Of a DNA stretch of 64,000 bases, positions 20,377 to 30,470 are shown piece after piece; position 1 is the stretch's first letter; each line of letters starts with the position of its first letter. A program made the translations under genes and the position numbers. A model generated the notes under the pieces. The model was not told the origin of the DNA, made no database searches, and saw only the letters and a program-made list of their open reading frames with translations. Location of the stretch: contig JAJDUU010000014.1 in assembly GCA_022826485.1 (NCBI GenBank), positions 131,254 to 195,253 on the forward strand. The letters are read 5' to 3'. The stretch is from Chloroflexota bacterium. GTDB taxonomy: Bacteria > Chloroflexota > UBA11872.

Positions 20377-20673
20377 CTACCAGGCGGTGTCGCTGAGCTT
20401 GAGCGGTTGCGGCTCGATCAGCTCCAACTCGTATTCCTCGATCACGGGGTTGGTGAGCAGTTGCTCGCACATCGATTGCAGGCGGTCGCGCGCCGTTGCG
20501 GCGTCCGGGGCGACCAGCTCGACGTCGACGATCTTGCCCACGCGCACATCGCGAATGCCGTCGAAGCCGAGGTCACGCAACCCGTCGGCCACCGTGGCCC
20601 CCTGCGGATCGTTGACGCCCGGTTTGAGGCGCACGAACACGTGCGCGGTGTAGATCTGGGGCAGGCCGCTCAC
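20377..20673 (-). CDS. purS: Phosphoribosylformylglycinamidine synthase subunit PurS
   Basis: It has a PurS fold (IYTAHVFVRLKPGVNDPQG...). A GTG start overlaps the purC stop. Confidence 0.8.
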   Translation of the reverse strand: MSGLPQIYTAHVFVRLKPGVNDPQGATVADGLRDLGFDGIRDVRVGKIVDVELVAPDAATARDRLQSMCEQLLTNPVIEEYELELIEPQPLKLSDTAW

Positions 20674-21551
20674 GCCGCCAGGCGCTCGCGGATATCGCGA
20701 TAGCGCGCGGCGGTGCGCTCCACAATCGCCTCCGGCAGGGCGGGAATCGGCGGCTCCCGATCCCAGCCAATCTCGATCAAGTGGTTGCGCACGATCTGCT
20801 TGTCGAAGCTCGGCGGCGAGAGGCCGACGTCGTATTCCGCCACGTCCCAAAACCGGGACGAATCCGGCGTAAGGACCTCGTCGATCAGGGTCAACTCACC
20901 GTCGACCCAGCCAAACTCGAACTTCGTGTCGGCGAGGATGATGCCGCGCTCGCCGGCGTAGTCACGGCCGCGCGAGTACACCGCGATGCTGACGTCCCGC
21001 AGTCGCCCGGCAAGCTCCGCCCCCACCAGGTCGCTCAGCTGGGCGAAGCTGATGTTCTCGTCGTGGCCGGTCTCGGCTTTCGTCGCCGGCGTAAACAGCG
21101 TGTCGGCGAAGGGCTCGGCCTCCTGCATGCCGGACGGGATGTCGATGCCGCAGATCTGGCCCGTGCGCTGATAGTCCACCCAGCCGGAGCCGGTGATGTA
21201 GCCGCGCACCACGCACTCCGCGTCGATGCGCTCGGCGCGCTTGACCAGCATCGTGCGGCCGCGCAGAACGTCGGCGTGCCGGCGCACATCGTCGCCCATG
21301 GCGTCCACGTCGGTCGTGATGAGGTGGTTCGGCACGATGTCCTCGGTGAGCCCAAACCAGCGCTCCGACATGCCCGTAAGCACGGCGCCCTTGTCTGGAA
21401 TGGCCGTCGGCAGCACATGGTCGAATGCCGAAATGCGGTCGGTGGTGACGATCAGCAGCTTGTCGTCCAGGTCATAGATGTCACGCACCTTCCCGCGGTT
21501 GATGAGCCGCAGGCCCTCCAGATCGGTTTGGGTAACCGTGTTCGTCATGTC
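20670..21551 (-). CDS. purC: Phosphoribosylaminoimidazole-succinocarboxamide synthase
   Basis: It begins MTNTVTQTDLEGLRLINRGKVRDIY and contains ILADTKFEFG, SAICAR synthetase motifs. Confidence 0.9.
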   Translation of the reverse strand, partial: DMTNTVTQTDLEGLRLINRGKVRDIYDLDDKLLIVTTDRISAFDHVLPTAIPDKGAVLTGMSERWFGLTEDIVPNHLITTDVDAMGDDVRRHADVLRGRTMLVKRAERIDAECVVRGYITGSGWVDYQRTGQICGIDIPSGMQEAEPFADTLFTPATKAETGHDENISFAQLSDLVGAELAGRLRDVSIAVYSRGRDYAGERGIILADTKFEFGWVDGELTLIDEVLTPDSSRFWDVAEYDVGLSPPSFDKQIVRNHLIEIGWDREPPIPALPEAIVERTAARYRDIRERLAA

Positions 21552-21565
21552 GCGCTCACCTCCGC

Positions 21566-22888
21566 CTATCGCGCCGGGGCGTCCGGCGCGGCGTCTTCGT
21601 TCAAGCCTAGTCTCTCGTACGCAGCATCGATCCATTTCAAATGCGGGTCCGGGCTAAAGGCCAGATTCAGGTCGTCCGGCGTCAGCCGCTCGGTCACGCG
21701 CGAATCCCCGGTGATCAGGTCGCGGAACGATGCTCCGCTCGTCCACGCGGTGCCGGCGTGATCCTGCACGATCGCGTAGGCATCCTGACGCGACATTCCG
21801 GCGCGCACCAGAGCCAGCAGGACCCCCTGCGAATAGATGAGGCCGCCGGTCATGTCCACGTTTGCTCGCATCCGCTCCGGGTAGACCCGCAGGTCGCGCA
21901 TGACGTTGGTGAAGAGCCACAGGATGTAGTCGAGGCCCATGCACGAGTCGGGGATCAGCACCCGCTCCGCCGACGAATGGCTGATGTCCCGTTCATGCCA
22001 CAGCGCCACGTTTTCCAGCGCGGCCTGCGCATTGGCCCGCACCACGCGCGCCAGCCCCGAGACGCGCTCGCAGCGCGACGGGTTGCGCTTGTGGGGCATG
22101 GAGGATGAGCCGTGGCGGCCTTCCTCGAAGGGTTCCTCGGCCTCCCGGATCTCGGTGCGCTGCAGGCTGCGGATCTCGGTGGCGAATTTGTCCAGCGAGC
22201 TGGCAATGCCGGCGAGCGTGGTCATGAAATGGGCGTGGCGGTCGCGCTGCACGATTTGATTCGTCACCGGCGCCGCCGTCAGGCCAAGCTCGGCGCAGGC
22301 CCATTCCTCGACTCGCGGCGGAACGTGGGCGTGCGTGCCCACCGATCCGGAGAACTTGCCCACGCTCACGGTCGCCTGCGCGTCACACAGCCGCTGACGC
22401 TGGCGCCGCACCTCGTCGATCCAAATCAGCAGCTTGAGTCCAAACGTGATCGGCTCCGCGTGCACGCCGTGGCTGCGGCCCATCATCAGCGTGCGGCGAT
22501 GTTCCAGCGCCAGCCGCGTCAGGACTTGCGACAGGTCATCCAGGCGCTCGAGCAACTGGTCGCCGGATGCGACGAGTTGCAGCGCCAATCCGGTGTCCAG
22601 GACATCGGACGACGTGAGCCCGAGATGCAGCCACCGGCCCTCGGGCCCCACGGATTCGGCCAGGGCGTCGACGAACGCGTTGGTCTCGTGATCGCTGGTT
22701 CGTTCCAACTCGTCGATGCGCTCGAGGGTGAAGCTGGCCCGCTGCAGCAGCGCGGCCTCGTCGGCGGGTATCCGGCCGTCCCGCGCCCAGGCGTTGACCG
22801 CTGCCAGCTCAACGCGCCGCTGGAACTCGAAGTACATCTGGCGGTCCCAGATGGCGCCCATCTCGGGTCGGGTGTAGCGGGGAATCAC
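21566..22888 (-). CDS. purB: Adenylosuccinate lyase
   Basis: The 440-aa ORF has fumarate-lyase family motifs (GSSSMPHKRNP). Confidence 0.95.
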   Translation of the reverse strand: MIPRYTRPEMGAIWDRQMYFEFQRRVELAAVNAWARDGRIPADEAALLQRASFTLERIDELERTSDHETNAFVDALAESVGPEGRWLHLGLTSSDVLDTGLALQLVASGDQLLERLDDLSQVLTRLALEHRRTLMMGRSHGVHAEPITFGLKLLIWIDEVRRQRQRLCDAQATVSVGKFSGSVGTHAHVPPRVEEWACAELGLTAAPVTNQIVQRDRHAHFMTTLAGIASSLDKFATEIRSLQRTEIREAEEPFEEGRHGSSSMPHKRNPSRCERVSGLARVVRANAQAALENVALWHERDISHSSAERVLIPDSCMGLDYILWLFTNVMRDLRVYPERMRANVDMTGGLIYSQGVLLALVRAGMSRQDAYAIVQDHAGTAWTSGASFRDLITGDSRVTERLTPDDLNLAFSPDPHLKWIDAAYERLGLNEDAAPDAPAR

Positions 22889-24186
22889 GACGCGACCGCC
22901 ATGCCGAGCGCATCGGCGGCGATGTCCGAGCGATAGCCCGCGCCGTGAAAGTGGATCGACGCGGCGAGGGCATAGGCCTCGTCGCGGGCCTCGCCCAGGT
23001 CATCGCCCAGCCCCACCGCGGCGAGCACGCGCCCGCCCGCCGTGCGCACGACGCCGTCGCGCCGCTCCGTGCCGGCGTGAAAGACCAGCCCGGAGTCGGC
23101 AGCGTCCAGCCCATCGATCGGGTGACCGCTCTCGGACGGACCCGGGTAGCCTTCGGACGTCAACACCACGGCCACCGCCGCCTGCGTCGGACGGCCAATG
23201 CTCGCGCGGTCCAGCGTGCCGCTGACCGCGGCGTCGATGAGATCCACGAAGTCGCCGTGCAGCACCGGAAGCACCACCTGGGTCTCCGGGTCGCCCATCC
23301 GGCAGTTGAATTCAATGACCTTGGGGCCCTCGGCGGTCAGGATCAGCCCGGCGTACAGCAGACCGACATACGGCCGTCCCTCGGCTCGCAGGCCGGCCAG
23401 GACCGGGGCGATGATCTCGCGCTCGACGCGCGCTACGAGCTCCGCGGGCGCGTCGGGCACGGGCGTGTAGCTGCCGACGCCGCCGGTGTTCGGTCCTCGA
23501 TTACCGTCGCCGATGCGCTTGTAGTCGCGGGCCACGCCGATGGTGCGAAAGGTCGTGCCGTCCGACAGGGCGAGCACCGATAGCTCGGGACCCTGCAGGA
23601 GCTCTTGCACCACGACGCGCGCGCCGGAGGCGCCGAACGCGCCGTCGACCATCATCCGCCGCACCGCCGCATCGGCCTCTTCAGGGGTGCTGCAAACGAT
23701 CACGCCTTTTCCAAGCGCCGGGCCGTCGGCCTTGACCACGACTCCGTCGGGTTCGTCCTCCACGTAGCCCAGCGCCTCGTCGACGTTGTCGAACGTGGCG
23801 TGGTCGGGCGCCGGCACGCCGAGGCGCGTGACCAGGGCGCTCGAAAAGGCCTTGCTGCCCTCGATCGCGGCCGCGCGGGCCGTCGGTCCGAAGGCCGGTA
23901 CGCGAATTGCTTGCAGGTCGTCGACGAGACCGCCGATCAGCGGATCCTCGGGCCCGACCACCACCAGGTCGGGACGTTCCGACCGCGCCCAGGACACGAG
24001 GTCGTCGATATCGGCCGCGCCAATGTCGAGCGTTCGGGAGATGTCTTCCGTACCCGCGTTGCCCGGCGCACAGAAGATCTCCGCGTGCGGTCGGTCCTGC
24101 CGCAGCCGCCAGCAGATCGCGTGCTCGCGGCCGCCGCCGCCCACGACCAGCAGCTTGGGGGCCGGCTGCCGCCCGATCATTCCCAT
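22885..24186 (-). CDS. purD: Phosphoribosylamine--glycine ligase
   Basis: It begins [13 protein letters not shown] and has an ATP-grasp domain. Its stop overlaps the purB ATG (ATGA). Confidence 0.95.
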   Translation of the reverse strand: MGMIGRQPAPKLLVVGGGGREHAICWRLRQDRPHAEIFCAPGNAGTEDISRTLDIGAADIDDLVSWARSERPDLVVVGPEDPLIGGLVDDLQAIRVPAFGPTARAAAIEGSKAFSSALVTRLGVPAPDHATFDNVDEALGYVEDEPDGVVVKADGPALGKGVIVCSTPEEADAAVRRMMVDGAFGASGARVVVQELLQGPELSVLALSDGTTFRTIGVARDYKRIGDGNRGPNTGGVGSYTPVPDAPAELVARVEREIIAPVLAGLRAEGRPYVGLLYAGLILTAEGPKVIEFNCRMGDPETQVVLPVLHGDFVDLIDAAVSGTLDRASIGRPTQAAVAVVLTSEGYPGPSESGHPIDGLDAADSGLVFHAGTERRDGVVRTAGGRVLAAVGLGDDLGEARDEAYALAASIHFHGAGYRSDIAADALGMAVAS

Positions 24187-25703
24187 TCGATAGTCCCTGG
24201 AGGCTTGGACGTGATGTCGTAGACCACACGGTTCACGCCCGGGACCTCGTTGACCAGCCGGCTCGAGATTCGCGCCAGCACCTCGGCTGGGATGCGCGCC
24301 CAGTCGGCGGTCATAAAGTCGTCGGAGGTCACGGCGCGGACGGCCACCAGCTCGCCGTAGGTGCGCTCGTCGCCCATTACGCCGACGCTGCGCACGCCGG
24401 GCAGCACGGCAAAGTACTGCGCGAGGGCATGCGACGCGGCGATCGGCTCCAGCTCCTGCAGCACAATGGCGTCCGCCGCTCGCAGCGTGTCGACTCGCGC
24501 GGGCGTCAGGTCGCCGAGCGCGCGCACGGCGAGGCCCGGACCGGGGAACGGCTGACGGTCGACGATCGATTCCGGGAGGCCAAGCTCGCGCCCCACGGCG
24601 CGCACTTCGTCCTTGAAGAGCTCACGCAGCGGTTCGAGCAACTCCAGGCCCAGGCGATCGGGCAATCCGCCGACGTTGTGGTGCGACTTGATGACCGCCG
24701 CGCCGACGCGGCCGCCGCTTTCGATCACGTCGGGATAGATCGTGCCCTGCGCGAGGAAGCGCGCATCGTCGATGCGGGCGGCCTCGCGCTCGAAGGCGCG
24801 AATGAAGGCCTCACCGATGATGGCGCGCTTCCGCTCCGGATCGGTCACGCCTCGCAGGCCGGTCAGGAACTCGTCGGCCGCGTCAACGACGATGAGGTCG
24901 AGGTTCTGGCTGGTGCGCAGTGCGTCCCGGACCTGTTCGACTTCACCCGCGCGCAGCAAGCCGGTGTCGATGAGGATGCACGTGAGCCGGTCGCCGATGG
25001 CGGCGTGCACCAGCGCGGCCGTCACCGCGCTGTCCACGCCGCCGCTGAGCCCGCAAATCACGCGGGCATCGGCGGCAAGGCGGCGGATGTCGGCAATGGC
25101 CTCTCGGACGAGCGACGCCGGGGTCCAATCACCACGGCAGCCGCAGATGTCGCGGGCGAAATTGCGCAGCACGTCCAGCCCGTGCGACGTGTGCCGCACC
25201 TCGGGATGGAACTGCAGCGCGCTCACGCCGTTGCCGTTGGACATGGCGGCCGTCGGCGAGTGCGCGGTGGCGGCAACCGCGCGAAATCCTGGCGGAAGTT
25301 CCTCGACCACGTCGCCGTGGCTCATCCACACGTCGAATGCGGCCGGCAGACCGGCGAAGAGCGGATGCCTCGCGTCGGCGACCGTCACGCGTGCCGGGCC
25401 GTACTCGCGCCGTGCCGCGGGTTGCACGCGCCCGCCCAGGCTGTGGCTGAGCAGTTGCATGCCGTAGCAGATGCCCAGAACCGGCACGCCCGCGTCGAGC
25501 ACGTCCGCCGGAAGCTGAGGGGCGCCCGGCGCGTAGACGCTGGCCGGACCGCCGGAGAGCACGACGCCGCGCAGGCTGCGGCCGTCGACCGTGTGCAGCT
25601 GATCGTGGGAAAGGAGCTCCGTCCGGACGCCGACTTCGCGGATGCGCCGGGCGATGAGCTGACTGTATTGCGACCCGAAATCGAGGACCGCGATGGTCTC
25701 GTG
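24177..25703 (-). CDS. guaA: GMP synthase (glutamine-hydrolysing). The 5' boundary is unresolved because no canonical start codon precedes the conserved N-terminus.
   Basis: A GATase domain ([20 protein letters not shown] ... GICYGMQLL) is followed by the ATP-PPase motif (SGGVDS) and a dimerisation domain. The table ORF starts at an internal Met, at 25562. Confidence 0.85.
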   Translation of the reverse strand, partial: HETIAVLDFGSQYSQLIARRIREVGVRTELLSHDQLHTVDGRSLRGVVLSGGPASVYAPGAPQLPADVLDAGVPVLGICYGMQLLSHSLGGRVQPAARREYGPARVTVADARHPLFAGLPAAFDVWMSHGDVVEELPPGFRAVAATAHSPTAAMSNGNGVSALQFHPEVRHTSHGLDVLRNFARDICGCRGDWTPASLVREAIADIRRLAADARVICGLSGGVDSAVTAALVHAAIGDRLTCILIDTGLLRAGEVEQVRDALRTSQNLDLIVVDAADEFLTGLRGVTDPERKRAIIGEAFIRAFEREAARIDDARFLAQGTIYPDVIESGGRVGAAVIKSHHNVGGLPDRLGLELLEPLRELFKDEVRAVGRELGLPESIVDRQPFPGPGLAVRALGDLTPARVDTLRAADAIVLQELEPIAASHALAQYFAVLPGVRSVGVMGDERTYGELVAVRAVTSDDFMTADWARIPAEVLARISSRLVNEVPGVNRVVYDITSKPPGTIEWE

Positions 25704-25844
25704 TCCGCCCGATGCGGCGATGTCCGCGCCGACGCTGGTCGCGTCCGGGCGTGGAGCAACTCCTCGACGGCTAACTTCGGTGCGCAGTAGGCCTCCCCGC
25801 GGCGCCCACCGCTCGTTCCGGCGACGGTGTACGCCGACGCTTGA

Positions 25845-26783
25845 TTATAGGTCGGCTTGCCGTGTGCGCGTGCGCCAGGCTTCGGTTGGATACGCCCCTT
25901 CAGCCGCCGCGCCGACCACGTAGGTCTCACATGAGTGGCCGCTGTCGAGGCAGGCATCGGACATGGAGCTGGCCACCGAGAGATTGCGGTCGCGCGGACC
26001 GAAGGCAATGACGGTGGGGCCCGACCCACTCAGGGCCACCCCGTAGGCGCCCGCGTCGAGCGCCGCCGCCATGCAGGGCTCCAGCGCGGGATTGAGCGCG
26101 GAGCGGTAGGGCTGATGCAAGCGGTCGGTCATGGCCTCCCGGAACAGGTCGAAACGACCGTGGCTCACGGCGCCGGCCATCAGCGCCGCGCGGGCGAGGT
26201 TGGCAACGGCGTCGGCCCTCGGGACCTGTTCGGGCAGGACCTGCCGCGCTCGGTGCGTGGGCACCCGGTAGCCCGGCACGACCAGTACGATCCCGACGGC
26301 TGCCGGGAATTCGAGTCGCAGCCAGGGCAGGTCGGGTCCGTCCGGGACGGTGATGACCATGCCGCCCAGCAACGCCGGCGCCACGTTGTCCGCATGCCCC
26401 TCGAGCTCGGCCGCTCGCCGCAGCAGCTCATCCTGGGGCACCTCGAGGTCGAAGGCGAGCGTGGCCGCCACCAGCCCGCCGACAATGGCGCTGGCCGAGC
26501 TGCCCAGGCCGCCCTGCGCGGGAATGATTCGCCGAGCGTGCAGCCGATAGGGACCGGCCGCCGTCGGCGCCAGGGAGCGGAACGCGCGAAAGGCCAGATT
26601 GCGCCGGACGTCTCGCGGCACGAACTCGGCGAACTTTCCGCTGGCCTCGATGTGATCGTGACTGCTGGGCTCGAACCGATAGGTGTTTCGCAGCTCCAGC
26701 GCCAACCCGAGCGCATCGAAGCCGGCCCCGAGATTGCCCGACGATGCCGGGACGGCAACTTCGGCCCAGCCTGGGCCGCTCAC
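25845..26783 (-). CDS. thrB: Homoserine kinase
   Basis: It has a GHMP kinase fold with AEVAVPASSGNLGAGFD and GLGSSAS motifs. A GTG start overlaps the rodA stop. Confidence 0.8.
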   Translation of the reverse strand: MSGPGWAEVAVPASSGNLGAGFDALGLALELRNTYRFEPSSHDHIEASGKFAEFVPRDVRRNLAFRAFRSLAPTAAGPYRLHARRIIPAQGGLGSSASAIVGGLVAATLAFDLEVPQDELLRRAAELEGHADNVAPALLGGMVITVPDGPDLPWLRLEFPAAVGIVLVVPGYRVPTHRARQVLPEQVPRADAVANLARAALMAGAVSHGRFDLFREAMTDRLHQPYRSALNPALEPCMAAALDAGAYGVALSGSGPTVIAFGPRDRNLSVASSMSDACLDSGHSCETYVVGAAAEGAYPTEAWRTRTRQADL

Positions 26784-27946
26784 GGTCTTGGCGGCGACTC
26801 CGGGCGGGCCGCCATTCGTCTCACACTCGACACCCACCAGACGCCCTGCTGTCGGTGCGGCGCGGCCGTCCGATGCGCATTGATGCTGAGCAGGATGCCA
26901 ATGGCCGCCAGCGTGACCACCAGCGAGTTGCGCCCGAAACTGAGCAGCGGGAGCGTGATCCCCGTCACCGGCATCAGGCCCACATTCATTCCAATGTTGA
27001 CGAAAGACTGAAAGAACAGCATGCCCGCAATGCCGATGGCCAGGTAGCGGCCAAAGTCATCGCGCGCCCGAATCGAAATGATCACGGCCTGGGCAAGCAA
27101 GATGGTGAAGAACATGATGACGCCCAGGGCGCCGACGAATCCCAGCTGCTCGCCCAGCACGGCGAAGATGAAATCGGTATCGCGGACGCGCAGAAACTCG
27201 AGTTGCGACTGCGTGCCCTGGCCGATTCCCTGCCCCCACCAGCCGCCCGAGCCGATGGAGATGCGCGCCTGCAGCACGTTATATCCGGCGCCAAGCGGAT
27301 CGCTCCCTGGATCCAAGAACGCGACGAAGCGCTCCCGCATGTAGTCCTGCGCAAAGAACCAGGCGAAGGGGAAGGCGGCCAGGGCCATCCCCGCGGGAAT
27401 CAGCGCGTGCCACCAGCGCGCGCCGGCGACGAACACCATCGCCAACCAAATCGCGACGAACACCAACGCCGAGCCCAGGTCCGGCTCGATGAACACCAGC
27501 GCCGCGGGCACCAGCACGATGAGCAGACTCAGCAGCAGCGTGCGAATGGAACGGACGCGTTCGCCGCGCCGCGCCAGAAATCGCGCCAGAAAGATGATGA
27601 CGGCGAGCTTCATGATCTCGGACGGCTGAATCACGATGGGACCCACCACGAACCAGCGTTGGGCGCCCAGACTGGCGTCGCCGAACACCACCACGGCGGC
27701 GACCAGGATCGTGCCGAGAATGAATGCTGGCAGCGCCACGGCATGAAGCAGGCGATAGTCCAGGAACGCCATGACGAGCGCGGCCGCGAGCCCGATGGCC
27801 ACGAACACGCCCTGCTGCACCGCCTTGTGGTCAAGGCCCGTCTGGCCGGGATCGCCCGAGGTGGAGAGGATCAGAATTCCAGCCGAAACCAACGCAATCG
27901 AAGGAATGATGACGGCGAGATCGAAGCGCCGCAGGGCGTGCGTCAT
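26780..27946 (-). CDS. rodA: SEDS-family peptidoglycan glycosyltransferase RodA
   Basis: It is a 10-TM FtsW/RodA family protein and lies downstream of mrdA with an ATGA overlap. Confidence 0.85.
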   Translation of the reverse strand: MTHALRRFDLAVIIPSIALVSAGILILSTSGDPGQTGLDHKAVQQGVFVAIGLAAALVMAFLDYRLLHAVALPAFILGTILVAAVVVFGDASLGAQRWFVVGPIVIQPSEIMKLAVIIFLARFLARRGERVRSIRTLLLSLLIVLVPAALVFIEPDLGSALVFVAIWLAMVFVAGARWWHALIPAGMALAAFPFAWFFAQDYMRERFVAFLDPGSDPLGAGYNVLQARISIGSGGWWGQGIGQGTQSQLEFLRVRDTDFIFAVLGEQLGFVGALGVIMFFTILLAQAVIISIRARDDFGRYLAIGIAGMLFFQSFVNIGMNVGLMPVTGITLPLLSFGRNSLVVTLAAIGILLSINAHRTAAPHRQQGVWWVSSVRRMAARPESPPRP

Positions 27947-29895
27947 GCCAGTCGCCGCGTTGGAGGAATGAAGTCCGGGCGGTCCTGGGGCAGTGGAGGC
28001 ATCTCGCCCGACATCAAGTAGTCGATGATGTCCCGCGCGATGGGCGCGGCCGCGAAGGCGCCTTCGCCGCCGTCACGCACCAGGACCGCAAAGGCGTATT
28101 CGGGATTCTCCGCCGGTGCGTAGCCCGCGAACCAGGCATGGCTGGGGAGCTTGTCCTGGGAGTCGCGCGTTCCGCTGTACTCGGCGGTACCCGTTTTCCC
28201 CGCCACGACCGCGAACTCGGAGCGCGCGTACTTGCCGGTACCGTTCCGACCGTTGACGGCCTCCAAGAGCGCATTGCGCAGCAGGCGCAGGTGCTCCTTG
28301 GAGACCGGCAATTGCCCGCGCTCGCTCACCGGCAGCCGCTGCAGCACGTTTCCTTGCGTATCGACGATGCGGTCCACCAGGCGCGGGCGCAGCAGGCGCC
28401 CGCCATTGCCCAGCGCCGCGTACATCATGGCGATCTGCAGCGGCGTGACCTGCACCAGCCCCTGGCCGATGGCCGCGTGGTAGGTGTCGCCGGTCACCCA
28501 CGGCTGTCCCAGATTGCCCTGCTTCCATTCGGCGGTTGGCACCAGGCCGGCGGCCTCGCCGGGAAGGTCGATGCCGCTGGCTTCGCCGAACCCAAAGGCG
28601 CGCTCATACTCCACCAGCCGCCGATTGCCGAACCCGGTGAGGTTCGTGTACGGGTTGCCGCCGGAGATGTTGTAGAAGTAGATGTTGCACGACTCCGATA
28701 TGCCCCGGTGCAGGTCGACCATGCCGTGCCCGGTTGCCAACCAGTCGTTGAACGCCCAGCCGGTTGGCAGCACCAGCTGGCCGTCGCACCGGATCTTGGT
28801 CTGCGGCAGGACGATTCCGGTTTCGAGCGCTGCCGAGGCCGCAATGACCTTGTAGCTGGAGCCCGGGGGGTACAGGCCGGCCACCGCATGATTGATGAGC
28901 GGGCGGCGCGGATCGGTCACCAAGCGCGTCAGCACGCTCGGGTCGCCTCCCGCGCCGAACGCGTTGTTGTCGTAGTCGGGCAGGCTGGCGAGCGCCACCA
29001 CCGAGCCGTCCTCGGGTCGAATCACCACCGCAACGCCCGCGCCCGCGTCGCGCAGGGCCAGATGCCGCGCCAGGATTTCCCGAATGGCCCGCTGCTCACG
29101 TACGGACACGGTCAGCACCAGGTGACGCCCCTCGACGGGCGCCTCGGACTCGATCTCGTTCAGCTCGCGTCCGAGGGCGTCGATCTCGACCTTCCGCGAG
29201 CCGTCGGTGCCGCGCAGCGCCCCTTGAAACTGGCGCTCGAGGCCCGAGAGCCCGACCGTCTCATCGAAACCCACGCCAAGCGCCTGGTACTCCTCCAGCG
29301 ACTCAGCCGGAACCGGACCGACAAATCCGAGCATGTGCCCAAACGCGTCGCCGTGCAGGTATTGCCGGCGAATTCCTGAACGGACCTGCACGCCCGGCAG
29401 GTCGTGGCGGCGCTCTTCGATGGCCAGCGCGGAATCCCGCTGCACGTTCGCCGCCACCTGCACCGGGCGGCCCGGATCGTAGCGGGCTTGCGACAGTTTG
29501 AAGCGCAGGTCGTCGGGCCGCTCGCCCGTGAGGGCGGCCAGGCTGGCGATGATCGATCCTTCGCGCGACTTCGGGACGTCGGCCGGCGTGACCCACACGC
29601 CGAACTCCGGCAGGTTGCGGACCAGCGGCTCGCGATTGCGGTCGAACACCAGCCCGCGCACCGGCCGCACCGGCTCGGTTCGCAGGCGGTTCCTGGCTGC
29701 CTGCTCCTGGTAGGTCTCCGTTTCGACGACCTGGAGTTGCCACAGTCGCCCCGCTAAGGCCGCGTTGGCCCCCAGCACCGCACCGCCGAGGATGAGGCCG
29801 CGTCTCAGCTTGCGATTGGCGCTCGCGCCGCCGTCACTCTTGGAACCAGGGGGCCCCGCCGCCGATTGACCGGTCTGATCGCCGTTTACCGCCAT
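27943..29895 (-). CDS. mrdA: Penicillin-binding protein 2 (elongasome transpeptidase)
   Basis: It has a PBP dimerisation domain and a transpeptidase domain with SSYK-like (GSSYKV), SxN and KTGT motifs. Confidence 0.85.
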   Translation of the reverse strand: MAVNGDQTGQSAAGPPGSKSDGGASANRKLRRGLILGGAVLGANAALAGRLWQLQVVETETYQEQAARNRLRTEPVRPVRGLVFDRNREPLVRNLPEFGVWVTPADVPKSREGSIIASLAALTGERPDDLRFKLSQARYDPGRPVQVAANVQRDSALAIEERRHDLPGVQVRSGIRRQYLHGDAFGHMLGFVGPVPAESLEEYQALGVGFDETVGLSGLERQFQGALRGTDGSRKVEIDALGRELNEIESEAPVEGRHLVLTVSVREQRAIREILARHLALRDAGAGVAVVIRPEDGSVVALASLPDYDNNAFGAGGDPSVLTRLVTDPRRPLINHAVAGLYPPGSSYKVIAASAALETGIVLPQTKIRCDGQLVLPTGWAFNDWLATGHGMVDLHRGISESCNIYFYNISGGNPYTNLTGFGNRRLVEYERAFGFGEASGIDLPGEAAGLVPTAEWKQGNLGQPWVTGDTYHAAIGQGLVQVTPLQIAMMYAALGNGGRLLRPRLVDRIVDTQGNVLQRLPVSERGQLPVSKEHLRLLRNALLEAVNGRNGTGKYARSEFAVVAGKTGTAEYSGTRDSQDKLPSHAWFAGYAPAENPEYAFAVLVRDGGEGAFAAAPIARDIIDYLMSGEMPPLPQDRPDFIPPTRRLA

Positions 29896-29901
29896 AGGTC
29901 C

Positions 29902-30468
29902 CTAGCGTACTCCTCGATACGTTGGAATCGGGCGACCGTGGGTCCAGCGCTCGAGCAGCCGCACCGGGTAGTAGAGCACCGCCGCCGCGCCAAGATTGAC
30001 GATGATTGCCGGCCACAGGCGGGCCGGGAGATGGGCCTCCCACACGACGTCCACGCCCTGCAACTGCAGGGCCAGCAGCACGCTTGGGTAGTAGGCGGCG
30101 GTTGCGAGCACCACTGCCGCGGCTGGGATGACGGCGTTCGCGCGGTCGACGCCGCCGAAGCCCCCGCCGGCCACGTAGGCGATCAGGGTGAAGAGGAGGG
30201 CATTGGTTCCGAGGGGCGCCGCCGAAAACAGGTCGACCATCAGCCCGCCCGCAAAGCCCAGGCCGAGGGCTCGCGTCCCCACCTGCATCGTGGCCAGGAT
30301 CACGACGCTGACGAGCACCAGCGATGGCTGTGCGCCGAGGATTTCGAAATACGGCAGAACCGAGGTCTGCACGAGCGCCAGCAACGCGAGGAAGAGCGCC
30401 GCCGCCCATGTGCCCGGCGATGGAAGCCACCGCGCGCCTCGTGCGGCCGTGCCAAGACGCGAAACCAT
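29902..30468 (-). CDS. mreD: Rod shape-determining protein MreD
   Basis: It is a small polytopic membrane protein placed between mreC and mrdA. Confidence 0.7.
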   Translation of the reverse strand: MVSRLGTAARGARWLPSPGTWAAALFLALLALVQTSVLPYFEILGAQPSLVLVSVVILATMQVGTRALGLGFAGGLMVDLFSAAPLGTNALLFTLIAYVAGGGFGGVDRANAVIPAAAVVLATAAYYPSVLLALQLQGVDVVWEAHLPARLWPAIIVNLGAAAVLYYPVRLLERWTHGRPIPTYRGVR

Positions 30469-30470
30469 GC

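Noticed and set aside
25704-25844. Purine or guanine riboswitch upstream of guaA
   Set aside because: A tataat hexamer is present, but the leader does not match the conserved purine-riboswitch core (no UAUA...GGAUAUGGCCC...ACCGUAAAU-like elements) and it is extremely GC-rich.
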